DNA of 64,000 nt from Squalus acanthias (lineage: Eukaryota): positions 3,410,001-3,474,000 of the forward strand of contig JASTWF010000034.1 of NCBI GenBank assembly GCA_030390025.1, given 5' to 3'. Position numbers and translations under genes: made by a program. The notes below the pieces were generated by a model, which did not search any database, had not been told where the DNA came from, and saw only the letters and a program-made list of their open reading frames with translations. Below are positions 51,301-64,000 of the stretch, in pieces; position 1 is the first letter of the stretch, and every line of letters starts with the position of its first letter.

Positions 51301-54300
51301 ATCACTTCAACTTTATTCCCCGGTGTTGAGTGCATCATGTCATAATTAACAATTAACTGTAACTTTATTCCACAGTGCAGAGAGCATCATGTAAATTCAA
51401 CAATTAAGTGTAACTTTATTTTCTGGTGTTGAGGGCATCATGTCAAAGTAACAATTAACTGTAACTTTATTCCCCAGTGTAGAGGGCATCATGTCAAATT
51501 AACAATTAACTGTAACTTTATTCCCGTGTGTAGATGGTATCATGTCTAAATTAACAATTAACTGTAACTTTATACCCTGGTGTAGTGGGTATCAAGTCAA
51601 ATTAACAATTGACAGTAACTTTATTCACTGGTGTGGTGGGAATCTTTTCTTAATTTACAATTAACTGTAACTTTATTTCACGGATTGGAGGGAAACATAT
51701 CAGAATTAACAAATAAATGTAAATTTATTCTCGTATGTAGAAGGCATCATATCTAAATTAACAATTAACTGTAACTTTATTCACCGGTGTAGAGGGCGTC
51801 ACGTCGAAATTAACAATTAACTATAATTTTATTCACCAGTGCAGCGGACATCATGTCGAATTAACAATTAACTGTAACTTTATTCCCCGGTGTAGAGGAT
51901 TTAATGTCTAAATTAACAATTGAACTTTACTTTATTCCCCGGTGCCGAGGGTATCATATCAAACTAACAATGGACTTTAACTTCATTCCAGGGTGTAGAG
52001 TGTATCATGTCAAAATTAACAATTAACTGTAATTTTTTTCCCGGTGTAGAGGGTACCATTTCAAATTAACTCTACCTGTATTCCCCAGTGTAGAGAGTAC
52101 GATATTAAAAAAAAATCACTGTAACTTTATTCCACAGTGTTGAGGGTATCATGGAAATTCAACAATTAACTGTAACTTTATTTTCTGGTGTAGAGGGTAT
52201 CATGTCTAAATTAACAATTAACTGTAACTTTGATCTCTGGTGTAGAGAGTATCATGTCTAAATTAACAATTAACTGTAACATTTTTCCCCAGTGTAGAGG
52301 GTATCTTGTCAAATTAACAATTACATTAACTTTATTCCCCGGTGTAGAGGATATTATGTCAGATTAAAAGTTAACTGTAAATTTATTCTCTCGTGTACAG
52401 AATATCATGTCAAATTAAACATTAACTGTAGCTTTATTCTGTGGTGTAGAGGATATCATGTCTAAATTAACAATTATCTGTTACTTTAATCCACAGTGCA
52501 GAGTTTATCATGTCTAAATTAACAATTAGCTGTAAAATTATTCCCCGGATTAAAGGTTATCACGTCTCAATTAACAATGAACTGTAACTATATTCCCCAG
52601 TGTAGAGGGCCCCATGTCGAAATTAACAATTAACTGTAACTTTATTCCCCGGTCTAGAGGGTACCATTTCCAATTGATTCCCCGGTGTAGAGATTATCAT
52701 GTTCAAAAAAAATGACTGTAACTTTATTACACAGTGTGGAGGGTTTCACGTTAATTCAACAATTAGCTGTAACTTTATTCTCTGGTGTAGAGGGTCTCAT
52801 GTCTAAATTGACAATTTACTGTAATTTTATTCCCCAGTTTAGAGGGTATCATGGCAGATTAACAATTAACTTCAACTTTATTCCCCGGTGTTGAGGTCAT
52901 CATGTAAAATCAACAATTAACTGTAACTTTATTCCCCGGTGTAGAGGTAACATGTCTAATTAACTATTAACTGTAACTTTATTCCACAGTGTAAAGGGAA
53001 TCATGTCAAATTAACAATTAACTGTAAATTTATTCCCTGGTGTAGAGGTTATCAAGTCAACTAAAAACATTACTGTAATTGTATTCGCTGGTGTAGAGGG
53101 TATCATGTCAAATTAACAATTAACTGTAACTTTATTCTTCGGTGAAGAGGGCATCATGTCAAATTAACAATCGACTGTAATTTTATTCCCTGGTGTAGAG
53201 TGTATCATGTCAAATTAACAATTTACTGTAACTTTATTCCCTGGTGTAGAGGGTACCATTTCAAATTATTGTATCTTTATTCCCCAGTGTAGAGATTACC
53301 ATGTTAAAAAAAATAAATGTAACTTTATTCCACAGTGTAGAGGGTATCATGAAAATTCAACAATTATCTGTAAATTTATTTTCTGATGTAGAGGGTATCA
53401 TGTCTAAATTAACAATTAAAGGTAACTGTATTCCCCGGTGTAGAGGATATAATGTCAAATTAGCAATTGACAGTAACTTTATTCCCTGGTGTGGTGGGAA
53501 ACTTGTCTTAATTTACAATTAACTGTAACTTGATTTCACAGTGTGGAGGGAAACATATCTAAATTAACAAATAACTGTACATTTAATCCCCTGTGTAGAA
53601 GGTATCATGTCTAAATTAACAATGAACTGTAACTTTATTCAACAGTGTAGAGGGCATCACGTCGAAATTAACATTTAACTAAAACTTTATTCCCCGCTGT
53701 AGCGGACATCATGACAAATTAACAATTAACTGTAATTTTATTCCCCAGTGTAGAGGGCTTCATGTCTAAATTGACAATTGACATTTACTTTATTCCCCGG
53801 TGCCGAGGGTATCATGTCAAATTAACAATTAACTGTAATTTTATTCCCCGGTATAGAGTTTATCATGTCAAATTAACAATTAACTGTAACTTTATTCCCC
53901 GGTGTAGAGTATACCATTTCAAACTAACTGTATCTTTATATACCAGTGTAGAGATTACAATGTTAAACAAAATTAACTGTAACTTTTTTCCACAGTGCTG
54001 AGAGCATCATGTAAATTCAACAATTAAGTGTAACGTTATTTTCTGGTGTAGACGGCATCATGTCTAAATTCACAATTAACGATAACTTTATTCCCCGGTG
54101 TAGAGGATATCATGTCAAATTAACAATTAACTGTAACTTTATTCCCCAGTGTCGAGGGTATCATGTAAAATTAACAATTAACTGTAACTTTATTCCACGG
54201 TGTAGAGGGTATCATGTCAAATTAACAATTAACTGTAACTTTATTCCCCGCTTTAGAGGGTAGCATTTCCAATTAACTGCCTCTTTATTCCCCGATGTAG

Positions 54301-57300
54301 AGATTATCATGTTCAAAAAAAATGACTGTAACTTTATTACACAGTGTGGAGGGTATCACGTCAATTCAACAATTAGCTGTAACTTTACTCTCTGGTGTAG
54401 AGGGTCTCATGTCTAAATTGACAATTTACTGTAATTTTATTCCCCAGTGTAGAGGGTATCATGACAGATTAACAATTAACTTCAACTTTATTCCCCGGTG
54501 TTGAGGGCATCATGTAAAATCAACAATTAACTGTAAATTTATTCCCCGGTGTAGATGGTATCATGTCAAATTAACAATTAACTGTAACTTTATTCCCAGG
54601 TGTAGAGGGTATCATGTCAAATTAACAATCAATTATAACTTTATTCCCAGATGTTGAGGGTAACATGTCAAATTAACAATTATCTGTAACTTTATTACCC
54701 GGTGTAGAGGGTATAATTTCAAATTCACAATTGACTGTATATTTATTCCCCAGTGTAGAGAATATCATGTCAAAAAAACAATTGACTGTAACTTTATTCC
54801 CCGGTGTAGAAGGCAGCAGGTCTACATTAACAATTAGCTTTATATTTATTCCCCGGTGTGGAAAGCATCATCTCAAAATGAATATTTAAATGTAACTTTA
54901 TTCCCCGGTGTAGTGGGCATCATGTCAAATTAACAATTAACTGTAATTTTATTCTCTGCTGTAGAGGGTATCATGTCTAAATTAACAATTAATTGTAACT
55001 TTATTCCCTGGTGTAGAGGATATCATGTCAAATTAAAAATGCACTGTAACATTATTCTCACGTGCAGAGGATATAATTTCTAAATTAACAATAGCTGTAA
55101 CTTTTTCCACAGTGTAGAGGGTATTATGACTAAATTAGCAATTTACTGTAACTTTATTCACTGGTTTGGAGGGCATCATGTCTTAATTAACAATTAACTG
55201 TAACTTTATTCCTTGGTGCAGAGTGCATCATGTCAAATTAACATTTAACTGAAACTGTATTCCCCGGTGTATAGGGTATACTGTCAAATTAACAATTGAC
55301 TGTTTTGTTATTCCCCGGTGCAGAGGGAATCATGTCAAATTTGCAATTGAAAGTACCTTTAATCCACAATGTACAGGGTGTCATGTTTAATTAACAATTA
55401 ACTGTAAATTTATTTCCCGGAGTAGAGAGTATCATGTCAAATTATCAATTAACTGTAACTTTATACCCCGGTGTAGAGGGCATTATATCAAATTAACAAG
55501 TTATTGTAACTTTTTTCCCTGGTGCAGAGGATATCATTTCAAATTAACAATTAACTGTAACATTATTCCCGGTGTAGAGGGTATCATGTCAAATTATCAA
55601 TTAATTCTAATTTTATTCTCTGGTGTAGAGGGTGCCATGTGAAATTAACAATTAACTGTAACTTTATTCCCCGGTTTAAAGGATATCATGTCAAATTACA
55701 AATTAACTGTTAATGTATTCTCCGGTGTAGAAGGTATCATGTCAAATTAACAATTTACTGTAACGTTATTCTCTGATGTAGAGGGTATCATGTCAAATTA
55801 ACAATTAAATTTACTTTATTCCCCGGTGTAGAGGATATTATGTCATTTAAAAATTAACTGTAACATTTTTCATTTGTGTACAGGATATCATGTCAAATTG
55901 CAAATTGACTGTAACTTTATTCTGTGCTGTCGAGGATATCATGTCTAAATTAACAATTAACTGAAAAATTATTCCCCGGTGTAGTGCTTATCATGTCTAA
56001 ATTAACAATTAACTGTAACTTTACTCCCCTGTGTAGAGAAAAACATGTCTAACTTAACAATTAACAGTAAGTTTATTCACCGATGTTGAGGGAATCCTGT
56101 CTAAATTAACAATTAACTGTAACTTTATCCCCCTGTGTAGAAGATATCATGTCTAAATTAACAATTAACTGTAACTTTATTGCCCGGTGTAGAGGTCATC
56201 ATGTCAAAATTAACATTTAACTGTAATTTTATTCCGCAGTGTAGAGGGCATAATGTCAAATTAAAAATTAATTGTAACTTTATTCTCCTGTGCAGAGGTT
56301 ATCATTTCAAAATTAACAATTAACTTTAACATTATTCCCCAGTGTAGAGGATATCAAATCAAATTAATAATTAACTCTAACTTTATTCACTGTTGTCGAG
56401 GGTTTCATGCCTAAATAAACAATTGACATTTACTTTATTCCCCGGTGCAGAGGGTATCATGTCAAATTTACAATTGAGTGTAATTTTATACCCCGGTGTA
56501 GAGTGTATCATGTCAAAATTAACAATTAACTGTAAGTTTATTCCGCAGTGCAGAGGGCATCATGTCAAATTAACAATTAACTGTAACTTTGTTTTCTAGT
56601 GTAGAGCGTATCATGTCTCAATTAACAATTAACAGTAAACCTATTCCCCGGTGTAGAGGGTATCGTCTCTCAATTAACAATGAACTGTAACTTTATTCCC
56701 CTGTATAGAGGGTCTCATGTCAAATTAACAATTAGCTGTAACTTTATTCCCCAGTATAGAGGGTATCATCACAGATTAACAAATCACTTCAACTTTATTC
56801 CCCAGTGTAGAGGGCATCATTTAAAATTAATATGAACTGTAACTTTATTCCCTGGAGTTAAAGGCATCATGTCAAATTAACAATTTACTGTAACTTTATT
56901 CCCCAGTGCAGAGGTTATCATGTCAAATTAACAATTAGCTGTAACTTTATTCCCCAGTATAGAGGGTATCATCACAGATTAACAAATCACTTCAACTTTA
57001 TTCCCCGGTGTTGAGTGCATCATGTCATAATTAACAATTAACTGTAACTTTATTCCACAGTGCAGAGAGCATCATGTAAATTCAACAATTAAGTGTAACT
57101 TTATTTTCTGGTGTTGAGGGCATCATGTCAAAGTAACAATTAACTGTAACTTTATTCCCCAGTGTAGAGGGCATCATGTCAAATTAACAATTAACTGTAA
57201 CTTTATTCCCGTGTGTAGATGGTATCATGTCTAAATTAACAATTAACTGTAACTTTATACCCTGGTGTAGTGGGTATCAAGTCAAATTAACAATTGACAG

Positions 57301-60300
57301 TAACTTTATTCCCTGGTGTGGTGGGAATCTTTTCTTAATTTACAATTAACTGTAACTTTATTTCACGTTGTGGAGGGAAACATATCTGAATTAACAAATA
57401 ACTGTAAATTTATTCCCGTATGTAGAAGGCATCATATCTAAATTAACAATTAACTGTAACTTTATTCACCTGTGTAGAGGGCATCACGTCGAAATTAACA
57501 ATTAACTATAACTTTATTCACCAGTGTAGCGGGCATCAAGTCGAATTAACAATTAACTGTAACTTTATTGCCCGGTGTAGAGGATTTAATGTATAATTTA
57601 ACAATTGACCTTTACTTTATTCCCCGGTGCCGAGGGTATCATATCAAATTAACAATTGACTTTAACTTTATTCCAGGGTGTAGAGTGTATCATGTCAAAA
57701 TTAACAATTAACTGTAATTTTTTTCCCGGTGTAGAGGGTACCATTTCAAATTAACTGTATCTTTATTCCCCAGTGTATAGATTACCATGTTAAAAAAAAT
57801 AACTGTAACTTTATTCCACAGTGTTGACGGTATCATGTAAATTCAACAATTAACTGTAACTTTATTTTCTGGTGTAGAGGGTATCATGTCTAAATTAACA
57901 ATTAACTGTAAATTTAATCTCTGGCGTAGAGAGTATCATGTCTAAATTAACAATTAACTGTAACATTTTTCCCCAGTGTAGAGGATATCTTGTCAAATTA
58001 ACAATTACATTAACTTTATTCCCGGTGTAGAGGATATTATGTCAGATTAAAAATTAACTGTAAATTTATTCTCTCGTGTAGAGGATATCATGTCAAATTA
58101 AAAATTAACTGTAGCTTTATTCTGTGGTGTAGAGGATATCATGTCTAAATTAACAATTATCTGTTACTTTAATCCACAATGCAGAGTTTATCATGTCTAA
58201 ATTAACAATTAACTGTAAAATTATTCCCCGGATTAATGGTTATCACGTCTCAATTAACAATGAACTGTAACTATATTCCCCAGTGTAGAGGGCCCCATGT
58301 CGAAATTAACAATTAACTGTAACTTTATTCCCCGGTCTAGAGGGTACCATTTCCAATTGATTCCCCGGTGTAGAGATTATCATGTTCAAAAAAAATGACT
58401 GTAACTTTATTACACAGTGTGGAGGGTATCACGTCAATTCAACAATTAGCTGTAACTTTATTCTCTGGTGTAGAGGGTCTCATGTCTAAATTGACAATTT
58501 ACTGTAATTTTATTCCCCAGTGTAGAGGGTATCATGACAGATTAACAATTAACTTCAACTTTATTCCCCGGTGTTGAGGGCATCATGTAAAATCAACAAT
58601 TAACTGTAACTTTATTCCCCGGTGTAGAGGTAACATGTCTAATTAACTATTAACTGTAACTTTATTCCACAGTGTAAAGGGAATCATGTCAAATTAACAA
58701 TTAACTGTAAATTTATTCCCTGGTGTAGAGGTTATCAAGTCAACTAAAAACATTACTGTAATTGTATTCGCTGGTGTAGAGGGTATCATGTCAAATTAAC
58801 AATTAACTGTAACTTTATTCTTCGGTGTAGAGGGCATCATGTCAAATTAACAATCGACTGTAATTTTATTCCCTGGTGTAGAGGGTATCATGTCAAATTA
58901 ACAATTAACTGTAACTTTATTCCCCGGTGTAGAGGGTACCATTTCAAATTATCTGTATCTTTATTCCCCAGTGTAGAGATTACCATGTTAAAAAAAATAA
59001 ATGTAACTTTATTCCACAGTGTAGAGGGTATCATGAAAATTCAACAATTATCTGTAAATTTATTTTCTGATGTAGAGGGTATCATGTCTAAATTAACAAT
59101 TAAAGGTAACTGTATTCCCCGGTGTAGAGGATATAATGTCAAATTAGCAATTGACAGTAACTTTATTCCCTGGTGTGGTGGGAAACTTTTCTTAATTTAC
59201 AATTAACTGTAACTTGATTTCACAGTGTGGAGGGAAACATATCTAAATTAACAAATAACTGTACATTTAATCCCCTGTGTAGAAGGTATCATGTCTAAAT
59301 TAACAATGAACTGTAACTTTATTCACCAGTGTAGAGGGCATCACGTCGAAATTAACATTTAACTATAACTTTATTCCCCGCTGTAGCGGACATCATGACA
59401 AATTAACAATTAAATTTAAAATTATTCCCCAGTGTAGAGGGCTTCATGTCTAAATTGACAATTGACATTTACTTTATTCCCCGGTGCCGAGGGTATCATG
59501 TCAAATTAACAATTAACTGTAATTTTATTCCCCGGTATAGAGGTTATCATGTCAAATTAACAATTAACTGTAACTTTATTCCCCGGTGTAGAGGATACCA
59601 TTTCAAACTAACTGTATCTTTATATACCAGTGTAGAGATTACAATGTTAAACAAAATTAACTGTAACTTTTTTCCACAGTGCTGAGAGCATCATGTAAAT
59701 TCAACAATTAAGTGTAACGTTATTTTCTGGTGTAGACGGCATCATGTCTAAATTCACAATTAACGATAACTTTATTCCCCGGTGTAGAGGATATCATGTC
59801 AAATTAACAATTAACTGTAACTTTATTCCCCAGTGTCGAGGGTATCATGTAAAATTAACAATTAACTGTAACTTTATTCCACGGTGTAGAGGGTATCATG
59901 TCAAATTAACAATTAACTGTAACTTTATTCCCCGCTTTAGAGGGTAGCATTTCCAATTAACTGCCTCTTTATTCCCCGATGTAGAGATTATCATGTTCAA
60001 AAAAAATGACTGTAACTTTATTACACAGTGTGGAGGGTATCACGTCAATTCAACAATTAGCTGTAACTTTACTCTCTGGTGTAGAGGGTCTCATGTCTAA
60101 ATTGACAATTTACTGTAATTTTATTCCCCAGTGTAGAGGGTATCATGACAGATTAACAATTAACTTCAACTTTATTCCCCGGTGTTGAGGGCATCATGTA
60201 AAATCAACAATTAACTGTAAATTTATTCCCCGGTGTAGATGGTATCATGTCAAATTAACAATTAACTGTAACTTTATTCCCAGGTGTAGAGGGTATCATG

Positions 60301-63300
60301 TCAAATTAATAATTAACTGTAACTTTATTCCCCGGTGTAGAGGGTGTCATGTCAAAATTAACATGTAACTGTAATTTTATTCCGCAGTGTAGAGGGCATC
60401 ATGTCAAATTAACAATTAACTGTAACTTTATTCCCCGGTTTAGAGGGTACCATTTCCAATTAACTGCCTCTTTATTCCCCGGTGTAGAGATTATCATGTT
60501 CAAAAAAAATGACTGTAACTTTATTACACAGTGTGGAGGGTATCACGTCAATTCAACAATTAGCTCTAACTTTATTCTCTGTTGTAGAGGGTCTCATGTG
60601 TAAATTGACAATTTACTGTAATTTTATTCCCCAGTGTAGAGGGTATCATGACAGATTAACAATTAACTTCAACTTTATTCCCCGGTGTAGAGGGCATCAT
60701 GTCAAATTTGCAATTGAAAGTACCTTTAATCCACAATGTACAGGGTGTCATGTTTAATTAACAATTAACTGTAAATTTATTTCCCGGAGTAGAGAGTATC
60801 ATGTCAAATTATCAATTAACTGTAACTTTATACCCCGGTGTAGAGGGCATTATATCAAATTAACAAGTTATTGTAACTTTTTTCCCTGGTGCAGAGGATA
60901 TCATTTCAAATTAACAATTAACTGTAACATTATTCCCGGTGTAGAGGGTATCATGTCAAATTATCAATTAATTCTAATTTTATTCTCTGGTGTAGAGGGT
61001 GCCATGTGAAATTAACAATTAACTGTAACTTTATTCCCCGGTTTAAAGGATATCATGTCAAATTACAAATTAACTGTTAATGTATTCTCCGGTGTAGAAG
61101 GTATCATGTCAAATTAACAATTAACTGTAACGTTATTCTCTGATGTAGAGGGTATCATGTCAAATTAACAATTAAATTTACTTTATTCCCCGGTGTAGAG
61201 GATATTATGTCATTTAAAAATTAACTGTAACATTTTTCATTTGTGTACAGGATATCATGTCAAATTGCAAATTGACTGTAACTTTATTCTGTGCTGTCGA
61301 GGATATCATGTCTAAATTAACAATTAACTGAAAAATTATTCCCCGGTGTAGTGCTTATCATGTCTAAATTAACAATTAACTGTAACTTTACTCCCCTGTG
61401 TAGAGAAAAACATGTCTAACTTAACAATTAACAGTAAGTTTATTCCCCGATGTTGAGGGAATCCTGTCTAAATTAACAATTAACTGTAACTTTATCCCCC
61501 TGTGTAGAAGATATCATGTCTAAATTAACAATTAACTGTAACTTTATTGCCCGGTGTAGAGGTCATCATGTCAAAATTAACATTTAACTGTAATTTTATT
61601 CCGCAGTGTAGAGGGCATAATGTCAAATTAAAAATTAACTGTAACTTTATTCTCCTGTGCAGAGGTTATCATTTCAAAATTAACAATTAACTTTAACATT
61701 ATTCCCCAGTGTAGAGGATATCAAATCAAATTAATAATTAACTCTAACTTTATTCACTGTTGTCGAGGGTTTCATGCCTAAATAAACAATTGACATTTAC
61801 TTTATTCCCCGGTGCAGAGGGTATCATGTCAAATTTACAATTGAGTGTAATTTTATACCCCGGTGTAGAGTGTATCATGTCAAAATTAACAATTAACTGT
61901 AAGTTTATTCCGCAGTGCAGAGGGCATCATGTCAAATTAACAATTAACTGTAACTTTGTTTTCTAGTGTAGAGCGTATCATGTCTCAATTAACAATTAAC
62001 AGTAAACTTATTCCCCGGTGTAGAGGGTATCGTCTCTCAATTAACAATGAACTGTAACTTTATTCCCCTGTATAGAGGGTCTCATGTCAAATTAACAATT
62101 AGCTGTAACTTTATTCCCCAGTATAGAGGGTATCATCACAGATTAACAAATCACTTCAACTTTATTCCCCAGTGTAGAGGGCATCATTTAAAATTAATAT
62201 GAACTGTAACTTTATTCCCTGGAGTTAAAGGCATCATGTCAAATTAACAATTTACTGTAACTTTATTCCCCAGTGCAGAGGTTATCATGTCAAATTAACA
62301 ATTAGCTGTAACTTTATTCCCCAGTATAGAGGGTATCATCACAGATTAACAAATCACTTCAACTTTATTCCCCGGTGTTGAGTGCATCATGTCATAATTA
62401 ACAATTAACTGTAACTTTATTCCACAGTGCAGAGAGCATCATGTAAATTCAACAATTAAGTGTAACTTTATTTTCTGGTGTTGAGGGCATCATGTCAAAG
62501 TAACAATTAACTGTAACTTTACTCCCCAGTGTAGAGGGCATCATGTCAAATTAACAATTAACTGTAACTTTATTCCCGTGTGTAGATGGTATCATGTCTA
62601 AATTAACAATTAACTGTAACTTTATACCCTGGTGTAGTGGGTATCAAGTCAAATTAACAATTGACAGTAACTTTATTCACTGGTGTGGTGGGAATCTTTT
62701 CTTAATTTACAATTAACTGTAACTTTATTTCACGGATTGGAGGGAATCATATCAGAATTAACAAATAAATGTAAATTTATTCTCGTATGTAGAAGGCATC
62801 ATATCTAAATTAACAATTAACTGTAACTTTATTCACCGGTGTAGAGGGCGTCACGTCGAAATTAACAATTAACTATAATTTTATTCACCAGTGCAGCGGA
62901 CATCATGTCGAATTAACAATTAACTGTAACTTTATTCCCCGGTGTAGAGGATTTAATGTCTAAATTAACAATTGAACTTTACTTTATTCCCCGGTGCCGA
63001 GGGTATCATATCAAACTAACAATGGACTTTAACTTCATTCCAGGGTGTAGAGTGTATCATGTCAAAATTAACAATTAACTGTAATTTTTTTCCCGGTGTA
63101 GAGGGTACCATTTCAAATTAACTCTACCTGTATTCCCCAGTGTAGAGAGTACGATATTAAAAAAAAATCACTGTAACTTTATTCCACAGTGTTGAGGGTA
63201 TCATGGAAATTCAACAATTAACTGTAACTTTATTTTCTGGTGTAGAGGGTATCATGTCTAAATTAACAATTAACTGTAACTTTGATCTCTGGTGTAGAGA

Positions 63301-64000
63301 GTATCATGTCTAAATTAACAATTAACTGTAACATTTTTCCCCAGTGTAGAGGGTATCTTGTCAAATTAACAATTACATTAACTTTATTCCCCGGTGTAGA
63401 GGATATTATGTCAGATTAAAAGTTAACTGTAAATTTATTCTCTCGTGTACAGAATATCATGTCAAATTAAACATTAACTGTAGCTTTATTCTGTGGTGTA
63501 GAGGATATCATGTCTAAATTAACAATTATCTGTTACTTTAATCCACAGTGCAGAGTTTATCATGTCTAAATTAACAATTAGCTGTAAAATTATTCCCCGG
63601 ATTAAAGGTTATCACGTCTCAATTAACAATGAACTGTAACTATATTCCCCAGTGTAGAGGGCCCCATGTCGAAATTAACAATTAACTGTAACTTTATTCC
63701 CCGGTCTAGAGGGTACCATTTCCAATTGATTCCCCGGTGTAGAGATTATCATGTTCAAAAAAAATGACTGTAACTTTATTACACAGTGTGGAGGGTTTCA
63801 CGTTAATTCAACAATTAGCTGTAACTTTATTCTCTGGTGTAGAGGGTCTCATGTCTAAATTGACAATTTACTGTAATTTTATTCCCCAGTTTAGAGGGTA
63901 TCATGGCAGATTAACAATTAACTTCAACTTTATTCCCCGGTGTTGAGGTCATCATGTAAAATCAACAATTAACTGTAACTTTATTCCCCGGTGTAGAGGT
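45372..64000 (+). repeat. 51/52-bp tandem satellite array, segment 3 (runs off the right edge of the window)
   Basis: Same monomer and orientation, with a different set of diagnostic variants from the 11-41 kb core. Confidence 0.99.
48900..64000 (+). repeat. Higher-order repeat, about 5684-bp period, followed by a shortened third copy (offset about 5368)
   Basis: Marker ORFs recur at 50708/56393/61760, 52712/58395/63764, 53301/58985, 53762/59446 and 54322/60006. Boundaries are approximate. Confidence 0.88.

Noticed and set aside
59..63946. Dozens of short plus-strand ORFs with the repeat KLTINCNFIPRCRGYHV, whose C-x5-C-x3-H spacing mimics a CCCH zinc finger
   Set aside because: 51 bp equals 17 codons with one stop-free frame, so ORFs arise automatically. 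Frequent 52-bp monomers break the frame every few units (longest ORF 125 aa), and there is no sign of frame preservation.
1..64000. CRISPR-like appearance (regular ~51-bp period with conserved and variable halves)
   Set aside because: The variable part is a mutated version of one consensus, not unique spacers. There are no cas genes or leader, and the context is eukaryotic (CR1 LINE, LTR).
1..64000. Telomeric repeats, rRNA/tRNA genes, CENP-B box or host exons
   Set aside because: No (TTAGGG)n tract, structured RNA gene, canonical 17-bp CENP-B box or unique exon-like sequence was seen by eye outside the two insertions.

Overview
This is eukaryotic repetitive DNA, not a gene-bearing or prokaryotic region. 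About 93% of the window is one head-to-tail, single-orientation AT-rich satellite. The monomer is 51/52 bp (consensus AAATTAACAATTAACTGTAACTTTATTCCCCGGTGTAGAGGGTATCATGTC[T/A]), with roughly 1,150 monomers estimated from length. The array is organised into kb-scale higher-order duplications (offsets of about 2150, 2843, 4164, 5684/5368 and 11052 bp), with a young homogeneous core flanked by older related layers. Two insertions interrupt it. (1) A 5'-truncated CR1-clade LINE on the minus strand (about 27832-31147) carries the tail of an SGNH-esterase ORF1, a full-length APE+RT ORF2 broken only by two compensating 1-bp homopolymer indels, a duplicated 3' recognition region and an (ACATAAGA)3 tail. 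(2) A 1316-bp TG...CA element with a 4-bp TSD (44056-45371) is best read as a solo LTR and carries a cluster of E2F/CHR/CCAAT-like motifs. The LINE resembles cartilaginous-fish CR1 elements (recall, not a search). All short plus-strand 'KLTINCNFIPRCRGYHV' ORFs are artefacts of the 51-bp monomer. I see no host gene, no CRISPR array and no evidence that proves a new biological system. The best leads are the LTR promoter motif cluster, the duplicated LINE 3' end and the layered, mosaic satellite architecture.
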